Assembly: GCA_958009085.1 (NCBI GenBank) | Contig: OY253670.1 | Coordinates: 1,426,001-1,490,000 of the forward strand | Source: Protoeuglena noctilucae | Lineage: Eukaryota | DNA: 64,000 bases | Direction: 5' to 3' | Part shown: in pieces, positions 49,850-60,075 of the stretch | How the letters are laid out: the number at the start of each line of letters is the position of its first letter | How positions within the stretch are numbered: the first letter of the stretch is position 1 | Translations under genes and position numbers: made by a program | Notes under the pieces: generated by a model | Told to the model about the DNA's origin: nothing | Seen by the model: only the letters and a program-made list of their open reading frames with translations | Database searches by the model: none

Positions 49850-52459
49850 ATGCAGGCCCTAAAGGACCGACTGCAGGGCTACTGGGACCGTGCGGACCCG
49901 AAGGTCCGCGCGGCGGCAGGCGAGAGGGACGCGCGGATCACCGCTATCGTGTCGACGGGCCGGATTCAGAGTCCCAGTGCCTTTTCACCGCTTCGCCGAT
50001 CCAGGGCAGAGGCCCGCGGCCTCACAAGCATCGCATCGACGACGCCCGCGCATTCCAGCGCTTAATTTGCTCCTCGTTTGTCACGGGACACGACGGCCTC
50101 TCCTCTCGTCTCGTCGCGTGGCGGCTGGCGCCGGGGACCCAGGTTGTGATCGCTCCGCCGGGCGATCCTGCTGGGTCCCGGGCGCGCGCCTTTTTTATTC
50201 CGGTGACGCGCAACCGGGGGGACGCCGTCCCGCGGCGTCCCTCGGGGGCGACGTTCTCCGCACGCCGAGCCCTTTCACTGGCTGGCCGCGGCGCGCCGGG
50301 ACCCATCTCCGGTTCGCGAGAGCGCGTGACCGCTGCCCGAGCTCGTCTCGATCGATTCCAGCTGCCCTCCGCCTCCGTGGGATTTCCGGGAGCGCGCGTG
50401 AGGCCGGGTCTGTTCGCGGCCCAAATTTGAGCCCCAGCATCAGCCTGCGCCGCGCCCTCGCCGGGCGCCCGGACCGTGCGAGCCGTCTCGCTCCGTGACC
50501 CGGAGCATGGCCCCGTGGCCTCCCCGACGGCCCCAGGCCTGGGGCCCGTGCCGTCCATCACCGCTCGCCATCCTTCCGCGCCCCCAGTTGGTGCTGCCGT
50601 CGCGACCGTGGGGTACGCCGCGTACAGCTATGCGACGCGCGTGCCCTCGTCGGGGAAGTACCCGATTGGCACGCTCCCCGCGGACGCCTACGACGTCGTC
50701 ATCGTGGGCGGTGAGGGCGACATGCTGTGGCGCGCCTGGTTCAGTCGTGACGCGACTCGGCGGGGGCCCTTGGCGACGCCGGTGAATCCGCCTTCTCCCC
50801 GCAGCTGGGCCGTCGGGGTCTACGTGCGGGTACTATGCGGCGAAGGGGGGGGCCAAGGTGGCGCTGCTCGGTGAGGGCTGGGCCCCAGCGTGGTACATGC
50901 GGCGGTGTCGCTAGCCACGCGCGGGGCCACGCACGGCCATCGCAGCCGATCCCCCGGCGCCGCGCGGTCGCAGATAAGGAGCACTTCCCCCGCGACAAGT
51001 ACTGCGGGGACGCCGTGTGTGCGCTGGCCATCAAGGTGCTGGAGGAGATGGGCGTGATGGACGAGCTCAAGGCGAACGGGGAGGCGCACTTCGCCGACGC
51101 CGGCGGTTTCGTGTCGCCGTCGGGGATCTGCTACATCGGGAGGTGAGGCGGCAGGTCTTATCCAAGCGGTGTGAGCCCGTCCAACGCGACACACAGCACC
51201 CGAGACGCAGAGGGCTGGCTCGCTCCGCTGCAGGTCGGAGCAGAAGCTGGGCGAGGCGGCGGCGTGCGCCGTGAAGCGCATCAACCTGGACAAGCGCATC
51301 GCGTGGAAGGCGCGGGACACGGGCGCCAAGCTAATGGAGGGGTTCGAGGTCACGGAGGCGAAGTTCAGCGCCGAGACGGGGCTGTGGACGGTGTGGAACA
51401 CGAAGGGGGAGACGGTGCGCGGGCGCGTGCTCGTGTGCGCCGACGGGGCCACGTCGCGGCTGGCGACCAAGCTGGGCTACTGCACGGAGGCGCCGCGGGG
51501 GGTGTGCTCCCGGGCGTTCGTCAAGGGCGGCACCCACAACACGGGCTTTGACGGGGTGTGCTTCTACCAGCGCGAGTCCCTCCCCGGCTACTCGGCCATC
51601 TTCAAGCACCCGAACGACGAGCTCAACTACTGCTACTACCTCATCCCCACGGACGGCAAGGGCAACTGCGGCAAGGTGAAGGAGTCGGACCTGGCGCGCC
51701 TCCACAACGACGCCATCAAGAACGACCCCTTCATCTCCCGCGCCCTCGGGCCCAACGCCGAGATCGGTGAGCAGGCCCCGACCGTGAGCGTTGCCACAGC
51801 AGCCGGGCTTGGTTCCCCTGGGCCGCGTGCGACGCTTCGACCCCCTCCCCCTCTCGCAGAGCGCATGAAGGCCGCCCCGCTGCGGCTGGGCGGGCAGGGC
51901 CTGCGCACCAACCACGACGACCACCTGGTCATCATCGGCGACGCCGCCGGGCACATCGACCCGCTGACGGGCGAGGGCATCCACACGGCCATCCTGGGGG
52001 GCCGCGCGGCGGCGGAGACGGTGCTGGCGATGCGCAAGACCGGCGACTTCTCCAAGCGCTCTACGGCGCAGTACAACCGCAAGGTCCAGAAGCTCTTCGC
52101 CCACGACTTCGGGGCGTCGGTGCTCATGGCGCAGGCGGTGTACAGGCGAGCAAGCAGGGTTGCCGCCGGGCGGGAGCGGACCGTCCCTGTCGCCACCTCA
52201 GCCGACCGCCTCCGCCTCTCGCTCCAGGTTCCCCATCCTGATGGACGCGGTGGCTTCGGAGACGCAGCGCCAGGGTGACGTGATGATGGCCAAGTGGGCG
52301 GAGGTGATGACCAACATGCGCCCCAAGACGTTCTTCCTGCGCCCCGACATCGCCATCAACCTCGGCATCGCCATCACCCGCGAGCTGTGGGATCAGTACG
52401 TGATGGGCAAGCCCGACAGGTACGCGTCGGGGGGCAGCACGGTCGCCAACTACAAATAA
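49850..52459 (+). CDS. Geranylgeranyl reductase-family FAD-dependent oxidoreductase with N-terminal membrane anchor
   Basis: Motifs are YDVVIVGAGPSG, FPRDKYCGDAV, RINLD, VCADGATS and IIGDAAGHIDPLTGEGIH. There are 6 introns, with GC donors at 49920 and 52146. Confidence 0.88.
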
Positions 52460-52694
52460 TGCGCCAATCGAGGGGATGGCGCAAGGGCGCCATGCGGCTG
52501 GACGGCTGGTGGTGCGGTGTAGGTGGGGCTGCGATGACCTATTCAGGAGCATAGAGTTGAACAGCTCTCGTGGACTAAGGTCGGGTCACGGAGGACGGCA
52601 GGTTGTGCACTCTTTGTTTGTGAGGCAATGGCCTGGACAGGATGGAACCTGGGATCGCCACTTTCCCCTCGCCGAGCCTCGTGCAGAAGACCAG

Positions 52695-53310
52695 TTTTTT
52701 TTTTTTTTGCCAGTGAGGATTCAAAGAGATGACGGCTAGGGCACCCTCAAAACCCTACCCGCTAGAAAACCCCGAAGGGAAGAAGAAGAAAAGAAAACGT
52801 GGAGACACAGAGGTCGGTGTAAGCCGCCAAGCTAGCAAACGCGGAGAAGAAACCACTCCCCCCCTAGCCCCCCCATCCCGGCTCCAGCGGAACACGGCGA
52901 AGGGGTGGCGGCTGCGGGGGAGGCAGAGGTGGGAAAGAAGAAAAGAGGTTTTGAGTGACAGGGATGGCCTTGAAGAAGACCCCATGGGAAAGGGAAGGAT
53001 CATGGAGGTTCTGGAACAGCGGGGCCGTGACCGGGGAAGCGAGGCGGGCGTGAGAGGCAAGGGCAGAGGAGATCCTGTGGCCGGCGTAGGAGACAATGCG
53101 AGCGGCCCCTGCCCACGCTGGGGCATCAGGTGGGTCGAGGAGCAGCATGGGGGGTGCACCGGGGAGCGGGTGGCCCGTGCGCCAGTAGCGGCGCGCAGTG
53201 ACGATGGCATGAAGAGTCTCAGACCAGACAAGACGCCAAGCGGGGGACCTGAGAAGGTCGGAGCTGGCATGGGTAGCGCCAAACCGGAAGAGGAGCGCGG
53301 TGGGAGTGCG
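52695..53310 (-). mobile_element. Probable 5'-truncated non-LTR retrotransposon or retrocopy ending in poly(A)
   Basis: T14 at 52695-52708 is an A14 tail on the minus strand. It is preceded by a pyrimidine-rich 3'UTR and an intronless ORF end (stop 52864) containing WRLVWSETLHAIVTARR, reminiscent of LINE ORF2 C-termini. No TSD found, and the 5' boundary is approximate. Confidence 0.45.
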
Positions 53311-53679
53311 ACATTGTCGAAAGAGCGCGGCGCGCAGATCTCGCAGCGCCGCTGCGAGCGGACGACAGAACCGGGTCTGTTTCTGACTGGCACGAGCAAC
53401 CAACAGCACCGCCGCTGCCTGCTCAGACAACAGTTCGCGGTCCTGGGGTGCACAACGTGTCGCATTAATACATACGCTTCGTCTGCGATCGCCAGCACCG
53501 AGCGCGGCTGGTGCGTCCGCGTCTGCTTTTCAAAATCGGCTCGATCAGTTTATGGGGGACTGCCGCGGTCGCCGAGCCCTGCATCCTTGCCACAGTAGAA
53601 CTGGTGAAAAAATGCATCTCATGAGCTTACTCGCTTTGCGTCAAACACCGCAGGGAGAACTGCCAGGCGGGGGAGGGTC

Positions 53680-55962
53680 ATGCGGGCCAAAACCCTGCAA
53701 ATCCATTGGCACGCCGAGCAGCCGGTGCTGTCCGTGGACTTCAGCAACGATGGCGTACTGGCCACGGCCGGCGCAGACAAGACCGTCAAGCTGTGGGCTC
53801 TGCGGGAAGATGCAGGGGGGCGCCTTTCAGGTGAAGCGCAGCCAGTTCCTAGCCGGTCAGCCCTTCGTCGCTCCCTCGCCCTGGTTCAACTCCGACGGCC
53901 CTCCCTCGCGTGCCCCTCGCGTGTCACGCGGCACCTGCCACCGCTTGCCCCCCCTCCGCAGCGGCTTTCCTCTCAGAGCTTCCCCGCCACACCACTGCGG
54001 TCAATGTTGTGCGCTTCTCGCCCGCCGGCGATCGCCTGGTGACGGGGGCAGACGGCGGCGATATCTTCGTGTGGCGCCCGGCGCCGCACGAGCACGCGGA
54101 GACGCTTGGGGGCGAGGATGCCGTGGCGGGCGACCCTGCGCACTGCTGGAAGCCCGTCAAGATGGAGCGAGCCGTGGGATCGGATGTCATGGACGTCGCG
54201 TGGTCCCCGGACGGCACCGCGGGTGAGGCATCGCCGTGGGCAGGCCGAGGCACTGGGACGGTGCCCAGCCCTGCCCTCGGCACCAATCGCGCTCGCTCCC
54301 GCAGTCGCGGCCGGGTCCATTGAGAACGAGACGGTCATCCTCGACTCGTCGCCTGGATCCCACGTCCTCGCTCGCTACCGGGACCATCGGCACTTCGTCC
54401 AGGGCGTCGCCTGGGACCCCTGGGGCGTCATGCTGGCCACGGCGGGGGGCGACCGCACCGTCCGCGTGTACTCGCTCAAGCAGGCCGCGGGGGGAAAGAA
54501 GGCCGCGGAGAAGCGCACCAGTGCTCAGCGCGCCCGCAATTTCGCCCTGCGCCACACCCTGCGCAGCCGCGCCTCCCAGGCCGCAGCCGAAGGGGCATCC
54601 GGCTCGGCTGCCCCCACGAACCAGGTGCTCGGTCGGTGCCAGAGATCGTCGCCGCCGCTCCGCCGCTCCGGCCTGCCCCTGTCGACGCCCTGCCGCGTGC
54701 CCCTACCTTGCAGGCTGCTGCCGATGCCCCCCCACGCAAGCTGCCCATGTGGCAGGACGACTCATCCTGCGCCTTCTTCCGCCGCCTGTCCTGGTCTCCG
54801 GACGGTGCCTTCCTCCTCGCCCCGTCCGGCCTCTTCCAGGACGGACCCGACGCGCCCACGCGCAACGCCTGCTTCCTCCTCCCCCGGGGGGACGCCGCCC
54901 GCCCGGCCGTGGTGCTGCCCGGGCTCGGCACGCCCTCCGTGGCCGCACGCTTTTGTCCCAAAGCCTTCCGGCTGCCGGTGAGCGCGGCTTGTGCCTGCTC
55001 GTCAATCACCCACACGCATTCGTACGAAGTAACAGGCACACCCACCGTCGGCGCCCATGGACCTCCCGACTCGCAGCAGCAGCCAACGTCGTCTCTCTCA
55101 TCCCACAACCACTCCCTGCATGCCTTACCCCGACTCCATGCTCTTCCCATTGACCCCAGGACCCTGCGCCGGCCAGCCCCATGACCGGCCTCCCCTACAA
55201 GCTGGTCTTCGCCGTGGCGTCCAAGGACTCCGTCGCCATCTACGACACGGCGCACACGTCCCCCATCGCCGTCGTCGGGGCCCTCCACCTGGCGGAGATC
55301 ACTGACCTGGCCTGGTCGCCCTGTGGGCGGCGGCTGGCCGTGTCGAGCCGCGATGGCTTCTGCTCCGTCGTGGCCTTCGATAAGGGGGAGCTCGGGGAGC
55401 CGCTGGGAGAGGTGGGGGCCGGGCGTGGGATGGGGGAGCAGCTGTGCATGCTCCGTGCAGGGTGGGGTGGTGAAATGACGCCCTTTCGCCCCCACAGGAC
55501 GACTTCCCCGCGTCCATTCGGCACCTCTTCGCGCCCAGGGAGGCGCCTGCCCCAAGCACCCCGCCTGCCTGCCCCCCCCGCACTACGCCGACCGCCACGC
55601 CCTCGCCCGCCCGAGGCGCCGGTAGCGAGCGCCCGTGCGCGCAAGCGGACGGAGAGGAGGGGCCAGGTCCTGCCGCGGCGGGCAGCGCGGCAGGTGAGTC
55701 AAGGAGGTGCATCCAGCCTGCCCCTGTGGGGCGCAAACGCGTGGCACCGGTGGCGGTGAAGGGGGGGTCCGGAGCGGCGGGAGACCCGTCGGGCGGTGAC
55801 GAGACGGCGGGGAGTGTGAGGGCGAAGAGGCAGAGAGGGGCAGAGAGCGGGGGCGACGGCGCTGACAAAGGGGCCGAGGGGGCTTCCGGTAGCGAGGCGG
55901 ATGGGGGGGGCATTGCGGCGGCGGCCATTGCGGCAGCCATGCAAGCCGCACGGCGCGGATGA
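53680..55962 (+). CDS. FAS2: Chromatin assembly factor 1 p60 subunit (CAC2/FAS2/CHAF1B), WD40
   Basis: Motifs are MRAKTLQIHWH...VLSVDF, HTTAVNVVRFSP, DHRHFVQGVAWDP, FFRRLSWSPDG, LPYKLVFAVAS, LHLAEITDLAWS and SSRDGFCS. C-terminal B-domain-like motifs RRCIQP and RKRVAP. Confidence 0.92.
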
Positions 55963-55976
55963 GCAGCATTGACGCG

Positions 55977-56010
55977 GCGGGCTCTTCACGCGCAGCGGGC
56001 TCTTCACGCG
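55977..56010. repeat. Two exact copies of GCGGGCTCTTCACGCG (period 18) between convergent stops
   Basis: Copies at 55977-55992 and 55995-56010. Confidence 0.85.
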
Positions 56011-56124
56011 ACGCACGGTATGCGATTGAAGTGTAGCCGGCCAGCAGGGACAAAGACAGGATACGTGTTTTTGTCCCTATACAAGCGCACAATGCGACGC
56101 CTACCCAGCAAGGGCAGACCCTCC

Positions 56125-57879
56125 TCACTTCTTCCCCTTCTTCTTCCCCTTCTTGCCTTTCCGGCTGTCCAGCACCGTCCGCCACCACGCCTGCACCACA
56201 TCCACCGCCATGTCTGCGTGACGGGGCAGCCCCTGGCCAGTGAGGGTGCGTGCCCTGGTGGACCCGCCCCCGGCCCACCCAACCCCCGCGTCCCTCCCCC
56301 GCCTCACCCTGTCGGATTTTGCGCATGGCCAGCTTGAGCTCCTCTTTCATGCGGTCCCTCTCCGCCTTCTCGAACTTGACGCGCTCGTCCCGCATCAGCT
56401 CCGTCATGGTGGTCATGTCCTGCACCAGCTGCGCCTCCTTGTCGCTCGCCTGGGGAAACACGGGGAGTGGGGGTCAATAAGCTTTGACGAAACGTCGCTG
56501 GCCCCAAGAGGTGGCCGCGGTGGCTGCGTCATCTCTGGTGACAGGCAGGGCCCGACCGCCCACCCCCCGTCACCAGCTGGTGCTCCTCGTACTGCCCCTG
56601 CTTCTCTGTCATGAGCGCGTCGTAGTCCTTCAACGCGTCCTGCAGGTAGTTCATGGCCTGCCCCTTCTTGGTCTTCTCCTGCAGCTCCAGGTTGGCGTGC
56701 CGCTCCCGCGTGGCGCGCAGGCGCCGCAGTAGGTCGTCGCGCTCCTTCTCCAAGCGCTCCTTCTCCATGCGGCAGTGCACCGCGTCCTCCTCCCGCTCCC
56801 GCGCCTCCACCTCGTCCGTGTCCACCATGGCGCGGCGGAAGCGGTCCGTCACCACCTGCGGGCGACCTGATGCAGATGTCGCACCGTGCCGGGCAGCGTC
56901 TTTCCATCACCCCGCGACGCCCCCTGCCTCGCCTTCGTGTCCGCCTTGAGCCTCTCCTCCAGGCGGTCCAGCTCCGCCGACTCGCGCTCCCGCTCCTCGC
57001 GCTCCATCTTCAGGGCCGCCATCAGGGAACTGCGCTCCTTCTCGTTGCGCTCCAGGCGCTCCTTGGTCTCCATGCTCTGCTCGTTCCGGCTCCGCTCCTC
57101 CTCCACCGTCATGTCCAGGCTGCGGGGGCCAGGAGGGAGCGCTAGGAATGTCGCATGGCCGCGGCTTCCCGCAAGCCCCACGCGGCCAGCGGCGCCCGCG
57201 CGCCGCACCTCTGCTTCATGATCTCCCGCAGACGCATGAAGAGGTTTACGACGTCCTGCATCGCCTCGCTGGGCTCGAGCACGGGGCCCGTGAAGAGGGC
57301 ACGCTCGCGCGGTGACGCATGGATCGCCCGCAGCACGTCCGTGGTGGACTTGAACACCTGCTCGCTCTGGATGTCCGAGCGGTTCGCCTGGATAATGGAA
57401 CGGTGCGTGTCTGCGGCGGGGCGTCGCGGGTACGGGTTGGCAGGGCGGCAATGGATGCACCCGCAGCTGTCGCGGCCTCCGATCGCCGAGCGGCGCCGTC
57501 ATGGCGGCGCACCGAGCAAGTCGAGAAACTCGTCCGGAAAGCCCGCGTTCTCGAAGTCGCCCCGGTCGAAAACAGCCTCGGTGACCCGGGAGAGGATCCT
57601 GCACGACACAGCGGGATGGAGGCTCCAGCGCTCAACGGGGTGGAGCGCTTCGCACGCGAACGAGTATCGCATGACGCACACCGCGGTATCCACCTATTCA
57701 GCATGTCGGCTCGGGTCAAGGCGCGCCCGGCGCGGCGCGGCGTGACGCTGCGAGACCATGTACTCGGCGGATGACCGCGGGCGAGCCGACGACCGCATCC
57801 GCCGCCCACCCGCGCACCTGAGGTTCACGATGGCATCATCCAGGACGTTGATAATCCTGTTGCCTTCCAAACTGTTCAT
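56125..57879 (-). CDS. DRC10: Dynein regulatory complex subunit DRC10 / IQCD-like coiled-coil IQ protein
   Basis: N-terminus EGNRIINVLDDAI and FKSTTDVLRAI, a long coiled coil, and a C-terminal IQ-like VVQAWWR followed by KGKKGKKKGKK*. GC donor at 56932. Confidence 0.75.
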
Positions 57880-58404
57880 CTCAGCCCGCTCCCCGCGTGG
57901 TTTGCGGGGACACCCGCGCCGCCTGCCGACGGCCCGTCAGGCCCCAGCCCCCGCTGCCTCTGTCACTCGCAGCAGCTAGCCGCAACACTGAGCTGCTGGA
58001 TTGGGCAGAAGCCGTATGTAGTGAAATGGGAAGGTCTTCGAGCAAAGCCCAGTGCAAAAGCTCAGTGCAGAGGCTATAAGCGCGGCAAGTGACGCAAGCG
58101 TGCCTGTTGGCGGATCCTGCCGACGCGGCGCTGCCGCGTCCGGGAAACACTGCCCCGGAAACGTTTCTCTGACTGGGGCATTCCCCATCCCCCGGATCTC
58201 GAACGATGCGAAGTTGCGGCGTGGTTGACATTTGGCGCGAACAACGCATAGTCAGCACTGATGCCTGCTGCAGCTTGCTGCATCCTTTCAGCAGCGCATT
58301 GAGATCTGCACCGCGTGAAGGCGCCCGCATCGCTCTCTGTCCGCTGGTGCAATAAGACAGAGAGAACTGCAGCTTCCTGCGTGGGGAGAGGCCGGGGAGG
58401 CAGG

Positions 58405-59991
58405 ATGAGCACGCCTGCAGAGCGTGTGCAACGGGCCATGGAGTCTGGTGCGGGCCGCGGCGCGATCCTCAGAGCGGATCGCTCTCTCACTTGACAGGGC
58501 AAAGATGCTTTTGTTCGGGGGCACTCGTGGGCTGGCTTAGCGGGGCTGGGCCAGCAGCGCGAGGGGACCTCGCAACCCGGGCGCAGGCAACCCCTACGAG
58601 GCCCACGAGATGATGAAGACGGCGTTCTACCGGATGCGAAGCAAGGGGGACAACAGTGGGGCGTACGATCTTTGTCAGGAGGGGGCCGTCGCGCAGCTGC
58701 AGGCGGGGGAGATCAAGGTGACGGCGCTGGCGCCCCCTGTTCCCCGTCCGCTCCGATGGCCCGCGGCCCCGCCGAGCGTCGCGTTCCGCTCTCGCGTCGC
58801 AGTGTGGCACGGACATGGGCAAGCTGATGCTCGACGCGTACGTGTCGGATGACGTCACCCCAGACGAGCAGTCGGGTGAGGCGCGCTGAGCTCTCCACGA
58901 GTCCCCTCGCTCCGTCCCTTGCCTGGCTGCCACGGACGCTTCAGCCCTCAACCTCCACGCTCCCCTGGCCTCCCAGTCTCCCGCGTCCTCGCCATCCTGC
59001 GGTCGTTCCCCAAGGGCCTCGCGTCCCTGGCAACCCTGGACGTGGCGGCCATCTTCAAGGACGACACCTTCCCGTCCCCGCTGTCGGAGCTGACGCAGCT
59101 GGCGTCCCAGGCGGCCAAGTGGGCCAGGAAGAAGGCCCCTTTTGAACTCGTGCGGAAGATCCTCACGTGCGTACTGCTTAACAGCCCCTGTCCATGTCCG
59201 TGCTTGACGCGCAGCGCCGACCCTCCGGCTGGCACCGGGCCCATTGCTCACCACACTACCACCTCCCTCGCAGGGCTGAGGTGGACTGGCTCATCCCCGA
59301 GCTCGGCTGGCGGGGCTGCAACCTCGTCTCCACGCTGCTCATCCAGGCCAAGGAGCCCAAGCGGCTGGGGGAGTACCTGGTGGACTGCGCGGCGGAGGGG
59401 CGGGCGGAGGAGCGGGACCTGTTCGGGGCGCGGGCCGTGCTGCAGACGCTGGCGGCAGCGAAGGTGCGCGAGTGGGGTGCCGCTCCATGGGCCGTCGGGT
59501 CTGGGCTGGCAGACCTTGATGTTCTGCAAGTATGCTGCCTGCTGGAGCGGAGCTTCCCCGCTCGCCGCAGACCCAGCAGGAGGGGCGCCAGATGGCCGTG
59601 CATGCCAGGGAGCTCGTGGAGGCGTTTGACGGGGCGGGGAAGCAGCGGTTCGGCACGGCGCCCATGGACTCGCCCCTGGGCCGATTCTGCGCGCTGTTCC
59701 TCGAGGTGCGCGCGAGGACTGGAGGCTGTCCTACTGGCCGCAGCGATGCGGGGACCGGTGTGGGGCGGCACGGGACGCGGTGTCACTGCCCCGCTTCTGT
59801 GGTGATCGCAGGCGATTGAGCGGGAGAAGCCCGAGCTGGGCAAGATGCTCCTGCAGGCGTACCGGGCGAGTCTGCTGCGGGACCCGAACCTGCACGCCAT
59901 GGCCCAGCAGGCCCAGGGGACGGTGCTGGAGGGGCAGGACAGGGGCGCAGGGGGGCTGCTGGGGGACATCATGAAGATGTTCATGAGCTGA
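58405..59991 (+). CDS. GET4: Golgi to ER traffic protein 4 (GET4/TRC35)
   Basis: Motifs are GNPYEAHEMMKTAFYR, CGTDMG, EERDLFGARAVLQTL, SPLGRF..LFL and YRASLLRDP, with a C-terminus GGLLGDIMKMF. Six GT-AG introns. Confidence 0.88.
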
Positions 59992-60075
59992 AGGGCACGC
60001 GTGGGTGGTGCGGCACGGGCGAGGGCAAGCTGCATGTTGAAATCTCGCCCACTACACGTGCCCGCTGGCCACCCG

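Noticed and set aside
49920..50587. Longer introns (also 32399-32959 and 42888-43330) as snoRNA hosts or Introner elements
   Set aside because: I saw no clear C/D or H/ACA boxes, terminal repeats or sequence similarity between introns.
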